Origin: the human T2T-CHM13v2.0 reference genome, Homo sapiens
Strand: one strand, 5' to 3'
Length of the DNA stretch: 64,000 bases
NCBI RefSeq assembly: GCF_009914755.1
Contig: NC_060948.1
Shown here: one piece after another, positions 47,570-62,370 of the stretch
Layout of the letters: each line of letters opens with the position of its first letter
Position numbering within the stretch: the stretch's first letter is position 1
Notes under the pieces: generated by a model
Told to the model about the DNA's origin: nothing
The model's input: the letters and a program-made list of their open reading frames with translations, nothing else
The model's database searches: none
Program-made: the position numbers and the translations under genes

Positions 47570-50045
47570 CAACTTCAGCCTGATATCCTTGATAAACATT
47601 GATACAAAAATCTTCAACAAAATACTACCAAACCAAACCCAGTAGTACATGCAAAAGCTAATTCACCATGATTAAGTAAACTTTAATCCATCAATGCAAA
47701 ATTGGTTCAACATATGCCAGTGGATATGGTGATTCATGACATAAACAGAACTAAAGACAAATACCACATGATTATCTCAACAGATGCAAAAAAGGCTTTT
47801 GGTAAAATTCAAAATATCTTTTTGTTAAAAACTCTCAATAAACTAGGTATTGAAGGAACATACCTCAAAATAATAAGAGTCATATATGACAAGCCCACAG
47901 CCAACATCATACTGAATGGGCAAAAGGTGGAAACATTCCTCTTGAAAACCAGTACAAGACAAGGATACCCTCTCACCACTCCTATTCAACATACTATTGG
48001 AAGTCCTGGCCAAAGGAATCAGACAAGAGAAAGAAATAAAAAGCACCCAAATGGGAAGAGAGGGATTCAAACTCTCTCTATTTCCAGATGAAAGAATTCT
48101 CTATCTAGAAAAGCACATATTCTCAGTCCTAAAGCTCCTTAAGGTGATAAACAATTTCAGCATTTCAGCAAAGTTTGAGGATACAGAAATCAATGTAAAA
48201 AAATCACTAGCATTCCTATAAACAAACTTCAAGCCAAGAGCCAAATCAGGAACACAATCCCGTTTAGAATTGCCAGAAAAGGAATAAAATATCTACAAAT
48301 TCAGCTAACCACTGAGGTGAAAGTTCTCTACAACTAGAATTATAAAACACTGTTCAAAGAAATCAGAGATGATACAAACAAATGGAAAAACATTCTATCC
48401 TCATGAATAGAAAATATTGTTAAAATGGCCATACAGCCCAAAATATTTTATAGATTCTGTTCTATTCCTATCAAACTGCTGATGATTTTCTTCACAAAAC
48501 TAGGGAAAAAACTTTTAAAAATTCATTTGGAACCAAAAAAGAGCCCAAATAACCAAAGCAGTCTTAAGCAAAAAGAACAAAACTGGAGGCATCATGCTAT
48601 CTAACTTCAAACTATACTACATGGCCACCATAATCAAAACAACATCGTACTGGTACAACAACAGACACATAGACCAATGAAACAGAACAGAGAGCCCAGA
48701 AATGAGGCTGCACACCTACAACCATCTGATCTTTGACAAAGCTGACAGAAACAAGCAGTAGAGAAAATACTTCCTATTCAATAAATGGTGCCTGTATAAC
48801 AGGCTAGCCATATGCAGAAGATTGAAACTGGGTAGTTTCCTTACACCATACAAAAACCAAGTCAAGATTGATGAAAGAGTGAAATGTAAAACTACAAACT
48901 ATAAAAACACTGGAAGACAACATGAGCAATACCATTCCAGACATATGAACTAGCAAAGGTTTTGTGACAAAGATGCCAAAACAATCACAACAAAGCAAAA
49001 ATTGACAAATATGGGATCTAAGTTAACTTAAGAGCTTCCATAAAGTAAAAGAAACTATCAACACAGTAGAAAGCATACAGAATGGGAAATAATATTTGCA
49101 AACTATACATCTGAAAAAGGTCTAATATCCAGCATGTACAAGGAATGTATTTTAAAGAAAAAAAAACAAACAAGAAACAAACTGATGGGCAAAATTTGCC
49201 TATTAAAAAGTGGACAAAGGACATGAATAGACACTTTTTAAATGAAGACATGCATGCAGACAATAAGCATATGAAAAGAAGTTCAATATCACTGACCATT
49301 AGAGAAATGCAAATCAAAACCACAATGAGATACCATCTCACATGGTCTCAATGACTACTATTAAAAAGTGAAAAACAACAGATATGGGCACAGTTGAAGA
49401 GAAAACAGAATGTTTACACACTGTTGGTTGAAGTGTAAATTAGTTCAACCATTCTGGAAAGTAGTGTGGCAATTCCTCAAGAATTAAAAACAGCACTACC
49501 ACTGGACTTAACAATTCTATTATTGTGTATGTATATACCCAAAGGAATATATATCTTTCTGTCATAAAGACACATGTACATGTATGTTCATTATAGCAAT
49601 AGTCACAATAGCAAAGATACAGTACTAGCAAATGTCCATCAATGGTAGACTGGATAAAGAAAATATGGTATGTATATATATACACTACAGAATACTATGT
49701 AGCTCATAAAAAGGAACAAGGTCATGAATGAAACTGGAGGCTATTATTTTTAGCAAAATTATGTAGCAACATAAAACCAAATACCACATGTTCTCACTTA
49801 TAAGTGGGTGCTAAATGATACAAACACATAGACACAAAGAGAGGAACAACAGACACTGGCACCTACTTGAGGGTGGAGGGTAGGAGAAGGGAGATGATGA
49901 GAAAAAATAACTATTGAGTACCAGGTTTATTAACTGGGTGATGAAATAATCTATACAACACACAACATGACACACATTAATGTATGTAACAAACTTGCAC
50001 ATGTACCCTTGAACCATAAATAAAAGTTAGAAAAAAAAGAAGAAA
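46360..50045 (+). mobile_element. L1PA13-16-like ORF2 and 3'UTR with internal deletions and (CA)n at 47522-47566
   Basis: ORFs 47702-48091, 47997-48221, 49145-49354 are ORF2-like. Confidence 0.88.
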
Positions 50046-50345
50046 TTTATTAAATGGCTTGGTTATGTTTGCCCCCAGTGGCCAAATGCTTTACAAAAGA
50101 GAATATAAAAGAATTCTGGTTTGAAATACAAACTGTTATGGCTTCTAATACTTGACAAACAGGTATTAAAACAGCAAAAAATAATAATCCGTAGCATTAT
50201 AAAAATACTTGATATTTCAATGCAAAATAATATTCTGGTGTTGAATGTGTGACAGTGTCTGGAGATGCTGTGTTCTGTATTACCTGCTGATATGTCTGCC
50301 ATTACATCAAGCTTATTATTCATGCACGTTTTTAGTTTTTTACAT

Positions 50346-50498
50346 TTTTTTTTCAGATGGAGTCTTGCTCTGTCACCCAGGCTGAAGCGCTATGGTGTGA
50401 TCTCGGCTCACTGCAGCTCACTGCAACCTGACCTTGTAATCTGCCTGCCTCAGCTTCCTAAAATGCTGGGATTACAGGCATGAGCCACCGCACCCGCT
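50346..50498 (-). mobile_element. Internally deleted Alu (arm-to-arm collapse)
   Basis: Right-arm start joined directly to left-arm end at ...ctgcaacctgacctt. Confidence 0.8.
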
Positions 50499-51036
50499 GC
50501 ACTTTTTTACTTCAACTTAATGTTAATATGTCCTATTTTAGCATATTTGTCAACCTGCAGAATAGAAATGTGAATGTACAATACTTAGAGGTTATGGTGA
50601 CCAAAAAATACATAAAATGGATACTTTTGCCTTTTACTTTTAATAAGTGTGATTCCTTATTACCTAAATTTTGGGTAATGAAGTTTTGAAGCCATCTATT
50701 TTTTTAAAGTACTGGCATAAAATTCTGCTTTTGATTATTTATTTCAATTCAAATATATTTTAATGCATAAAGATGATTACATTTTAATAAGAAACACAAA
50801 CTAAAACCATCTTTCAAGTTTAAGCAATTTCTCTAAGAAACTTTAAAGAACTTACATTATTCAAAATTTATTTACAATATTAATGTCTAGTAAAAGAAAG
50901 ATAATAGAAATACTCTTAAAATATTTGGAGTAATTTTTAAATAATACTTTGTTTTAATTAAAATTCTCCATTTAACATATACATTACCCTATGTATAGCA
51001 TTTTCACCTTAGGAACTGTATTTAAAAGTAATCCAT

Positions 51037-51303
<267 letters not shown>

Positions 51304-51542
51304 GATATACAATGTATGTTCTTTTGTTTGCCAAGAATCTTCTTCATGGCAGTACATTCATCATAGCTGAAAAGTAAAAACTGCACATAATATGAATTAC
51401 TATCAAGAAAGATACATTGTGGTACAATCATACAGTGTAATCCTATACAACAAAAAGAGTCCATGATTACACACAGTGACATAGTAGTATATCACAAATA
51501 TAATATTAAGCAAAACAAGACAGACCAGAAAGAATACATACC

Positions 51543-51970
51543 TATATTAGGGTTCCCCAGGGAAACAGATCCAATAGCATATATACAGACAGAGATTTAT
51601 TATGAATTGGCCCAAATTATTATGGAGGTTGAGAAGTCTCTTGCGTTACTTCTGGAAGCTGGAGAACCAGGAAAGCCAATAGTGTAAATTCTAGCCCAAG
51701 ATCAGGAAGACTGATGTACCAGCTTTATGAGACAGGTAGGAAACAAAAAAGGTAAATTTCTCATTCCTTTACTCCTTTGTTTTATTCAGAACAAAAACCC
51801 TCAATGAATTGGATGATGTCCATCCACATTGGCAAGGGCTGCTTACTTCACTTAGCTCACCAATTCAAATGCTAATTTCATCTTAAAACATGACAGACAC
51901 ACTCAGAAAAATTATTAAATATAGACACCCCACGGCATGGTCAATTTGATACACAAAATTAATTATTACA
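51543..51970 (-). mobile_element. Solo MLT2 LTR inside an L1ME-like 3' fragment (51330-52200)
   Basis: tattagggttccccagggaaacaga...acacaaaattaattattaca. Confidence 0.75.
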
Positions 51971-52291
51971 ATACTGACACTAGGTAAGTTACAAAATAAA
52001 AACAATACAAATACATGCAATCTGTACACATATTGTTAGAAGTCAAAATAGTAGTTACCCTTGGGATTTAGTAACTAGAAAGGAGAATGATTGATGCACA
52101 TGCTGCTTACACTAATGTGTGAAGTTTATCCAAATTCATTGAACTACACACTTACAATTTCTGAACTTTTCTGTGTATATTATGTCCTTCAACAAAATGC
52201 TCTATAATTTTATGAAAATTCTTCTATTATGGGTTACAAGGGGTTATAAAAAGCTGAGGACTTATGTCCTTAATTGCTTTAGTAGTTCCTT

Positions 52292-55193
52292 CTGAGGTAG
52301 AAGATTAGCAGGACTTCCTTTTCTAGGACCAGTCATGACCCTGCTGGTCAAAACAGGTTGTAGCAAAGACAGTGGCCAAAACATGCTGGGACTAGGAATT
52401 ACAATGCATTTCCATAAGACACTTTTACCAGCACCATGAAAATTTACAAATGCCATGTTAATGACCCAGAGGTGACATTTTATGGTTCCTGGTTCTCCTG
52501 GGTTAAGAGGAGTTCCACCGCCCACTCTTATTTACTATTATAATTCACTTTCCTGACATAATGCTTGCTGTACTTATGCCACAATTTTAGGGTTAGCCTG
52601 CATCATCCTGGTAAACAAGAAAGGATGAAGTCATGAAGAGACAAAGATGGAAAGGGATAAACAGGATGAACAAATCTTGCTTACTTAATGCAGATTGGAA
52701 CAATGGACCTGTAACTTTATAGTTCTGTTAACATTGCAGAGTTGTGCTTTACCTAAAGCCACTCTTCAGAGCCATCAGCATATTTCCTGGTGATTTACAA
52801 GCTGAGGGAACCCAAAGGGAGCCTTCGTCTAGGCCCCAAATTAAAAACCAGTTGGCATCATTTGCCTTCCATGGATGGATTAGTTCTCTGTTTGTTCCCC
52901 CTTGATATTAAGTAAATCAGGAATAGTCAATGTGGCCTCTTGTTTTGTAGTCATTTCATTGTCTCCCGTTGTTTATGTGCTCTGGATGGGAGCGCGCCTG
53001 GCCTGATACATCCTTACGAACCCTTCTCTCAGGACTTTTCCTCTTTAGTCTCTAATAACCAGCCGTTTCACTCTACTGCTTTCAGTGCTGTAATGTATGC
53101 TTACATTTGTTTCCTTGTCATGTTTGGGCAGTGACAAATTGTGTCTATTCTATGTATGGTAGACCACTTTGCTTGAAATCTTTTTTTTGTTGTTGTTCTT
53201 TTAAAGAGCTCCCCCACTGTGCTGACTCTAGGTTGCTAGAGTCACACATTCCCACAAGCACTATGTGTTAGAGTCCCACTCTAGGTAGACAGAGTGGATT
53301 AGAGTCCCACTATCACTGTTACCTGACCCCATATGCTCCAGGGTTTTTAGCATTTGGCTAGGGGATCCTCACTGGTCAAAGCCCAGATGCTCTCAGTTCT
53401 TTGACATTCTTATAGAACTGTCAATCAGAGTCCCACCAATGAGGATCTTGGTCTCTGTCAGTACCTTACTTGTTTTCTTTGTCATCCTTTTGCCCAAAAA
53501 CAAAGTGCTTTCTTTACTTTTTATGAAATCCAACCTACGAGAATCATGTTACTGTATATTCCCCTCTCATTCTATGCTTTCCTTATTAAAACAATTCATT
53601 TTTTGCATTTGCATTTTGCTGGTGTATGCAGTCATCATTCTGCTGCCCATTCAAATCTAGTAATTAACTTTCCTGACATCATGCTTACTGTACTTATGTG
53701 CTATGTACTACTGGCATTTTCCCTGCTGACCTTTCTTGAGGAAATGGGGAGATAATTTGAAAGAGAAAAATAACTGGGCTCTCTCCAGACTTAAAGGACC
53801 TTCTGTGTCTAGTAAAGATCTTTGCTAGACATAGGAACAATGGCAAGCATCCTGAAGCACTCACTGCTAGGATGCCTTTTAGGCAATAGGAACAAATTCA
53901 AATTAGATGGCCTAAAAATAAAATCATTTTGTACTGTAAACTATTTGGGTCCAATACAAATCAGGAGGGTAAAAATGATTATACTACTATTTTATAATTT
54001 GATTTATTGTTTTAAAAGGAAAGAAAATAGGGAAAGGTCCCTTATGTACAGGTGTTTATGGCCCTTACCTGGTTCCTGACTTCATGGACAATGTGTCAGG
54101 AAGACACAACTGCATAATGTGTCTTGCTCATGATACTTCCAGACATCAAGAATCCACACTAGATATCCTAGCTGATGTCCTCCCAGCTGCTACCAATTGG
54201 AAGCCCATTCCACCTCATCCTGTGCCCTAAAGCCTCATCAGTCCCCCAATTCTGAGGGGAATCTTACCAGTTCTCCAGCACAGGATTCCACCCCAAGGTC
54301 ATCAAGACACCCCTTTCCCTTTTCCAACTAGCCTCAGCCTGTATCTCTCACTGCTTGAGGAAGTAAGCCCAAACAGCACTACCAAGAAAGGGGTCCCATA
54401 TAAACACCTAAAACTGAATGTGTGTCCACTACATGAGGGAGATGGGGGAACAATCAGAGCACATGGGTTTTTCTTTCTTATTTTGCTTTATGCAAGAATA
54501 AATTTGATTGGTTTTCAGAGGATCTGGGGAGGTTTTCAGAGGAGTTTGTTAAGTTGGCCATGTCCTTTGACTTGATTTGGCATGACCTGCAAATATTATT
54601 GTCCACCTGCTATACCATAGACGAGAAGCAAGGGATTCAAAGTATTACCCATGAATAGGCAGATGGAGTGGCTGCTTATAACCAAGGTTTTGCCATTTAT
54701 CATGTTGGGGGAGATGCAATTCCAGATCTGGACCCTGAATAGGATAACTGGATGGGTTCCTAAGATCTCAAATGCAGAAACTACATGATAACTTGTTTAA
54801 TGAAAGGTATAAAAAAATGTGTGGTTACACCACTTACTTATGACAAGGGTTAGAGAAGTAACTCAAAGGAAGGTTAAAAATCCCACTCTGTTTCAGGGTC
54901 ATTTGGTTGAGACACTCAGGAACTATAGTAATACAGACCCACACTTCCCAAAAGGGCAAGCTGTCATGGCTATGCATTTTATAACTCAATCTGCCCCTGA
55001 TATTAGGAGGAAGCAACTAAGGGAAGAAATGATAACTCACACAACCATGAGCAAACTCTTCAACATGGCCCTTACATGGATATTATAACAATAGGGACAG
55101 GGTAGAAGAGCAGAGAAAATGTATAGAAATGGACAAAAAGCATAATTGTTAGTAGCTGCCTTTGGCCCCCACTGCCACCTCAGGGTTACCCAT
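52292..55193 (+). mobile_element. ERV1 MER41-like LTR fragment (52292-52525) plus leader and gag remnant (~53840-55190)
   Basis: accagcaccatgaaaatttacaaatgccatg (MER41-type); ORFs 53822-54079 'SLLGCLLGN...' and 54819-55088 'HFITQSAPDIRRK'. Confidence 0.75.
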
Positions 55194-58100
55194 TGTATCA
55201 GTCAGGGTTCTCAAAAAGGACAGAACTAATAGGACATATGTATATGTTGAAGGGAGTTTATGAAAGAGAATTGGCTCACATAATTAGAAGGTGAAGTCCC
55301 ACAATAGGCTATCTGCAAGCTGGGGTAAAGGGAAGTTGGTAGTGGCTCAGTATGAATGTAGAAGCCTCAAAACAAGGGAAGCCAAGAGTTCAGGCTTTAG
55401 TCTGTTGCCAAAGGACCTAAAGTCCCCAGCAAACCACTAGTGTAAATCCAATAATCTAAAACCCAAAGAACTTGGAGTCTGATATGAAAGGGCAGGAGGA
55501 GCAGACGGAAGGATCCAGCATGGGAAAAAGGAGTAAGCCAGAAGACTTGGCAAGCAAGATTATCCACATTCTCTCATCTGCTTTGTTCTAACTGTACAGG
55601 CAGGCAATTGTATGGAGCCCATCAAATTGAGGGTGACTTTTCTTCTCCCAGCCCACTGACTCAAATGTCAATTTCTGGCAACACCCTCAGAGACACTCTC
55701 GGAACCATTACTTTACCAGCTATCTTGGCATCTTTCAACCCAGTCAGGTTGACACCTAGTATTAACCATCACAAGTCTACCCTGTGTCAACTTGACAACC
55801 ATGCACATTTCCTGAAATCATACTTAATCTCCAAATAAAGATCACAATAAGGTTGTAATTCCACCTAACATAATGCAACTATACATTGTACGACCAAAGT
55901 GCACTAATCATTAAACTAAATGCCATTATATAAAGTTAACAACACTTAAATACTGATACAAAGTCAATAAATCTTATGTTACATGAGAAAGGACAAAAAG
56001 AAATAAAATGAGAATATTTTCTTAGTACAGGTGTATACATGCACAAATGTATTTTTAACAAAGTAAGAAGGAAATACTTATGACAATTACAGTCCTTGAT
56101 TTTGCAACCAGTCACATGGCTGTAGCTGGTGTTCTTAAGTATCTTCCCCTACTACCCATCCTGTATTTCCTCTGTCATCAGCAAGCACATCAATCAGCTG
56201 GTCATAGTTTTTCACCTGGTGCGGTGACCTGATCCTTCATTCTTAAAGGTCTGGTCCATATGTAGTCCTACCTGGATTGGATTGTTGTAGTTTCCCATTG
56301 ACTTTAACCACAGGGCATGGTAATATTAAAAGTCACCTTAAAGAATTGCCTATATTCCAGACATACTCTTCCTTACCTCCATTGTGGAATAGTAGTCTGA
56401 TTTCATCTTTACAGCTTAGGTCAATCATCCCAGTCAGCACTATAACGCCCTACTTGGCCTGCTGATTTAGAGGCAGCAATACAAAGTGGCCAGGTGGAAG
56501 TCTTAACTTCCAGTTTAATTGAATCGTTGTTGTGCTTCCTTATGGCAGCATCCTTCCCTCTAGGATGAAGACCTCTCAACCAGCAGAACATAATATTTTG
56601 GTAACAGGAAGCAAAAAGTTTCCTAATAGGTCACTAGCGATAATCATGAGTGTTGCCACTTCCACTTCCACCCCTTGATTCCTGAAGTCATGAATCCTGG
56701 CTATGCAAGAATGTTGTACGTTATGGCATTTTCTACTATAAGAGGCTTCACCCTACTGTTTAGAGAGCCAGTGTGGGGATTCTGCTAGCTGCTACTCCAA
56801 TTATGCATTCTGGCACTGGGGAAAAGACCACAGGATGACCCACTGTAAGTGAAACCTGAGCTAAAACTTCATTAATTACCTGACCTACCTAAGCCTCTAC
56901 TCTACCTGGAGGGCCACAGTGATGTTTTTCATCTTCTGGAACCAATGTCAGCTTAGACTCAGTGTCCAGTAGTACTCAAAAAGTCTGATTATTCTTATTT
57001 TCCCAGTGTACAGTTACCCTTGTAAAAGGCCAGCGTTCTCCTTGGGGAAGGATTAGAGAAAGATTAACAGCATAAATTGTCAGTAGTGTAGTGAGGCTCT
57101 TCCTCAAGGGGACTGGGTCTGTAAACTGGCTTACGTCTCTTCGTTTAAGGGGTTCTAGGTTGGTAAACTGGCTTAAGTCTTGAAATTGAGAGAAGGGCTG
57201 TGATTCTCTGACTTCATCATACAAATTCATCTTTTGTCCCTTTGTCCTGGAAGTTTTCTGCTTATACAAATTCGTAAGAATGTAGTAGACTTTCTACGAA
57301 TTTCCCTTTTAGAAACAAAACAATTAATTAGCCAATGTCAGACCTATACACTAGTCAGACTATTCTGATTACTGCTTTGCCTGTGCTATCCATTTGGTAA
57401 TTATATCCATTTGGTAACTATATCCATTTGGTAACTAACTTGCCTTTGATGGTTGAGTGCCACATTTGAGCCCTCCCACCTCAGGGTTCAATAATTCCCG
57501 TTGCATTTAAGTTTTCCAATAGAGTGCCTGTGGTTCCCACTGTACAATCTGGCATACAAAGGACTATCACAGAGCTCTTCAAGAATGTTTGTGCTCCCCT
57601 CTCAAATCTATTTCACAAGGTATTGGTGAAGGATATGTTTTCTGGGTCCTCCTAGTTGGGATAAATGGGTCTAAAGTGACAATTTTGCTTTAGCTTTCCA
57701 ATCTCCCTAAGCTTTTGGATCCCTTCCTCTACATTAAACCAAGGGAGATCAGGCATTTCAGTTCAACTCACAGTGGGCTATCTTTTGATTCATGTTTCAG
57801 CTAACCAAGTGAACCCCTTTAACCCCTGAGCTGCAATATTAAATGTGGAATCTCAGCTTAATGGATCCATGTCAATAAATTCAGCACTACCCAAATTTAT
57901 GTTTCTGGCACCATTATCCCATACCTTTTATATCAATGTCCATACCTGCCCTTCAGATTTCTGCTTATATAAATTAGAAAAGTCCAGTAGTTATTTTGGA
58001 GTGTAGCACACCTCATCATTGGTCACACTCTGAACCTCACCTCTAGGGACCTGTTGGGACTTGAGTCTAGTTACAGGTCAAGAAGCAAAGAGGGTTGTTG

Positions 58101-59135
58101 AAGGTGGGTGCTGAGGAGAATCAGCATTGTATTAGCTGGCAACTAATTCAGGAGAGGTCATTGTTCTTTCCTCAGGCAATGCAGGGTTAATATAGCCTTC
58201 TAAGTGGAAAGACTGATGGCAGCCTGGGTGGGGTATAGGATGTTGCCACCACTGGGGCTGGGGAGGCTGCTGCTTTCTCTGGCAAAGAAGGCCATCAGAA
58301 TTTAGGAGTCCAGATTCACCTGGTTCTCAAACATGTCCCCGTGCCATGTTACAGAGTCCCAGTATATCCTAATCAATGCCCTTACTTTAACAGTAGACAA
58401 CTGGTGAGCCTGAGCATGCACCTTTCACTGTAGGTCAGCCACTTACATGATAAGTGCTTGTGTCTGATTTTCCACAATTCCAGCCCTTTGTTTACAGAAG
58501 ATAAGACTCTCACCAAGGGCAATCTTAAAATATTTGAGGCTAGGTATGTGCTTTTGGAGCCAGGAAATATAATCCCTGAGCTTATCCTTTTCTTTCGTCA
58601 CTTCATCCAGTGAATTTAGGTGCCAACAGCCAACTTCACTATATTCCTTGGTTTTCCACAACTTCACTATATTCATTGGTTCAAAGGTATTATGCATAGA
58701 GTCACTAAACTCTTTACCTCTCAGGAATGGTGATTCAGGAGTATCAGATGCATGTATTTGGCACAACTCTAATTGATTCACATCAAGGTGTATCAGTGTT
58801 CTCTATAGTATTGGAAGTGGAGCCCTTAGCATTTTATGTCTAATCAGATTAAAGAGCCAACTCCAGAATCCTGAAACTGACTAAAGAAATCCATTCTCAA
58901 AATTATCTTTCTCTAGAACCACTCATGGTACCAAAATATATATTAGTCAGGGTTTTCTAGAGGTACAGGATAAACGCAGACATTAAAAAGAGTTTATTAA
59001 GGAAGATTCACTCCGATGATTACAAGGTGATGTCCCATGATAGACCATCTACAAGCTGGGGAAGGATGAAGCTGGTGGTGACTCAGTCTAAGTCTGAAAG
59101 CCTCAAAATAAGGGAACCTGATATGGCAGCCTTGA
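55194..59135 (-). mobile_element. HERVL provirus (MLT2A/B LTRs): 3' LTR 55194-55773, internal region with dUTPase, protease and gag, large pol deletion, PBS ~58916-58933, partial 5' LTR
   Basis: tgtatcagtcagggttctc...attaaccatcaca; dUTPase 'LNWKLRLPPGHF' at ~56480-56520; gag ORF 58443-58781; reverse PBS tggtaccatgagtggttc. Confidence 0.85.
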
Positions 59136-60569
59136 GACCAATACAGAAAATTGGTACTGATAAGTGGGACATTGCCATAAAAATACCTGAGAAGGTGGAA
59201 GCAAGTTTGGAACTGGGTAATGAGCAGAGGTTGGAAGAGCCTGGAGGGCTTGGAGAAAGACAGAAAGATGAGGAAAAGTCCAGAATTTCCTAGAGACTTC
59301 TTAAATTCTCGTGATCAAAATGCTGATAGTGATATGGACAATAAAATTCAGGATGATGAGGTCTCAGATAGAAATAAGGAATCTATTGGGAACTGGAGCA
59401 AAGGTTTTGCTCTTTTGTTATGTGCTCACAAAGAACTTGGCGGCATTTTGCCCCTGCTCTAGTGATCTGTGGAACTTTAAAGATGGAAGAGATAATTTAG
59501 GGTATCTTGTGGAAAAAATTTCTAAGCAGCAAAGCATTCAAAATATTGTCTAGATGCTTCTAACAGCATATGCTCATGTACTTGCAAAAATAAATTACTT
59601 GAAACTAGAACACATTGAAAGGGAAGCAGAGTGTACACGTCTGAAAAATTTTCAGCCTGGCCATATGGTATAAAAGAAAATCCCATTTTCTGGGGATAAA
59701 TTCAAGCCAGCTGCACAAATTTGCCTAAGTAAAGAGAAGTCAAATGTTGATAACTAGGACATTGGGGAAAGGCCTTGAAGTCACTTCAGAGACATTTGTT
59801 GCAGCCCCTCCCGTCACAGGCCCGGGGACCTAGGAGAGAAAAATGGTTTCTGGAGCCTAGCCTACCGCCCTGTTGCCCTCCAGAGCCTCAGGACACTTTT
59901 CCTTCTGTAGATTCACAAAGTACAAGAGTTGATGCTTGAGAGCCTTTGCTAAGATTTCACAGGATAGGTGGAAAAGCCTGGATGTCCATGCCGAAGCCTG
60001 CTGCAGAGGCAGAGCCATCATGAAGAGCATCTAGTACGGCAGTGTAGAGGAGAAATTTGGACTTGAAGCCCCCACATAGAATCCGCATAGGGGAATTGCC
60101 TAGTAGAGCTGTGTGGAAGAGGGCCAACATCCTCTAGACCCTGAAAAGGTAGATCCATTGACAGTCTGGAAGACCAACAGGCACTCACTGCCAGCCCATG
60201 AGGACAGGTGTGGATGCTTAAGTCTGCAAAGACACAGGGATAGAGCTTCCCAAGGCTTTAGGATCCCACCTCTTGTGCCAGCATGCCCTTAATGTGAGCC
60301 AGGGAAGTTATTTTGCAGCTTTAAGATTTAATAACTACCTGGCTAGCTTTAGGATTTATGTAGGGTCTATGGCACCTTTGTTTTGGCCAATCCCTTTTGA
60401 AATTGAAGTATTTTTCCTCTGCCTGTACCATGATTGTATCTTGGAAGAGTAACTTATTTTTCACTTTACGAGCTCATAGGTGGAAGGGATTTGCCTTGTC
60501 TCAGAGGAAACTTTGGATTTTGAACTTTTGAGTTAATTCCGAAATTGACTTAAGACTTTGTGGGACTAG

Positions 60570-60865
60570 TGGACAGGAATGGTGGCTCATGCCAGTAATC
60601 CATACACTTTGGGAGGCAAAGGCATGTGGATCACCTGGGTGCAGAAGTTCAAGACCGGCCTGAGTAACACAGTGAAAGCCCATCTCTACAAAAAATACAC
60701 AAATTAGTTAGGCATGGTGACATGTGCCTCTACTCCCAGTAACTCAAGAGGCTGAAGCAGGAGAATCACTTGATCTTGGGAGAGAGAGGCTACAGTGAAC
60801 CAAGATCATGCCATTGCACTCCATCCTGGGTGACAGAGTGAGATCCAATGTCTTTTTTTAAAAAA
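60570..60865 (+). mobile_element. Degenerate AluJ/S
   Basis: Alu dimer inside MST-int. Confidence 0.85.
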
Positions 60866-60960
60866 TAATCACTTTGGGGGAATACTGGGAATGCATAATT
60901 GGATTTTAAAATGTGAGAAAAACATGAGACTTTTGAGGGGCCAAGGCAGAATGGTATGGC

Positions 60961-61428
60961 TTTTTAGCAGGATAAGCCAGGGACAAAACCCCTCAGACAC
61001 CGGGTTAAAGAAGGAAGTGGCTTTATTCGGCTGGGAGTGTCAGCAGTCTTGTATCTCAAGAACAGAGCTCCTTGAGACATTATTCAGCCAGGAGCATTGG
61101 CAGACTTGTGTCTCCAGAATCAATCTCCCCACAGAAAGAGTTCCTGGCCCTTTTAAGGGCTTACAACTATAAGGGGTCTATGTGACAGGGTCATGATGGA
61201 CTGAGCAAGCATGGGATGCATGACTAGGTGGGGGTAAGCAAGGCAAGTATTTATCCATACCATTGTCTGTGATTTATAGATAGCACAAGCGATTAGGGTG
61301 GGGGTTAATCTTTACCCTACAGGCCTGGCCAGTGGCACCAATCAGTCTGTTATTTTTCATTATTTTTCAGTTTTTCTCCCTCCTTCCCTTTGGAGACAGG
61401 ACAAAAACAGAAATGGCCTCTCTCCTCT
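60961..61428 (-). mobile_element. Solo ERV1 LTR of the LTR2/LTR15 (HERV-E/Harlequin-related) group
   Basis: gacaaaacccctcagacaccgggttaaagaaggaag...cccttttaagggcttacaact; inserted ~10 bp into the MST LTR. Confidence 0.7.
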
Positions 61429-61834
61429 GTTTGGATCTGTCTTTTCACCCAAATCTCAAGTTCAATTATAATCCCCACTGTTGGAGGTGGGGCCTGATTT
61501 GAGGTGATTGGATCATGGGGGTTGTCCCTTCATGAATGGCTTAACACCATCCCTTTGGTGTTGTTCTTGCAACAGAGTTCTCACAAGATCTAGTTGTTTA
61601 AAAGTATGTGGGACTGCCCACCTGTCTCTCTCCCTCCTATCCGGGCCATGTAAGATGTGCTTCCACCTTCATCTTCTGCCATCATTGTGAGTTTCCTGAT
61701 GCCTCCTCTGAATATCAGCAGATGCTGCCATGCTTCCTGTACAGCCTGCAGAACTTTGAGCTCATTCAGCCTCTTTTCTTTATAAATTACCTGTCTCTTG
61801 TATTTCTCTATAGCAGTGCATGGATGGACTAACA

Positions 61835-62370
61835 AAAAATCAACATACAAAAATTATTAGCATTTGTATACACCACTAATGTTCAAGCCACAAGCCAAGT
61901 CAAGAATACAATCCCTCTTTGTGTCCATGTGTTCTCATCATCTTGTTCTCACTTACAAGTGAGAACATGTGATATTTTCTTTTCTATTCCTGTGTTACTT
62001 TGCCAAGGATAATTCCTTCCATCTCTATGCATATTCATGCAAAGGACATAACCTCATTTTCTGTTATGGCTGCATAGTAGTCCATGAGTTATATGTACCA
62101 CATTTTTTAAATCCAGTCTACCTTGGGACACACTGACTCTAAATGCCCACTGATGAAAATTTAGGTTGATTCTATGTCTTTGCTGTTATAATAGTGCTGC
62201 AAAGAACATATGAATTCATGTGTCTTATGATAAAATTATTTATATTCCTTTGGGTATATGCGCAGTATTAAAATTGCTTCAATAAATGGTAATTATGTTT
62301 TTAGCTTCTTGAGGAAGTGCCACGCTGCTTTCCACAATGGTTGAACAAATCTATACTTCCACCAGAAATT
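61835..62370. mobile_element. L1 fragments (+ 61835-61915; - 61916-62370)
   Basis: ORF2 'aaatcaacatacaaaaa...' then a reverse 3' region. Confidence 0.75.

Larger units (their letters stand above)
59136..61834 (+). mobile_element. MaLR MST/THE1 internal region plus MSTA-like 3' LTR (60952-61834, interrupted)
   Basis: aatacagaaaattggtact...gtggaagcaagtttggaactgggtaa; ORFs 59220-59553; LTR motifs cccaaatctcaagttcaattataatcccc and tggactaaca. Confidence 0.85.
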
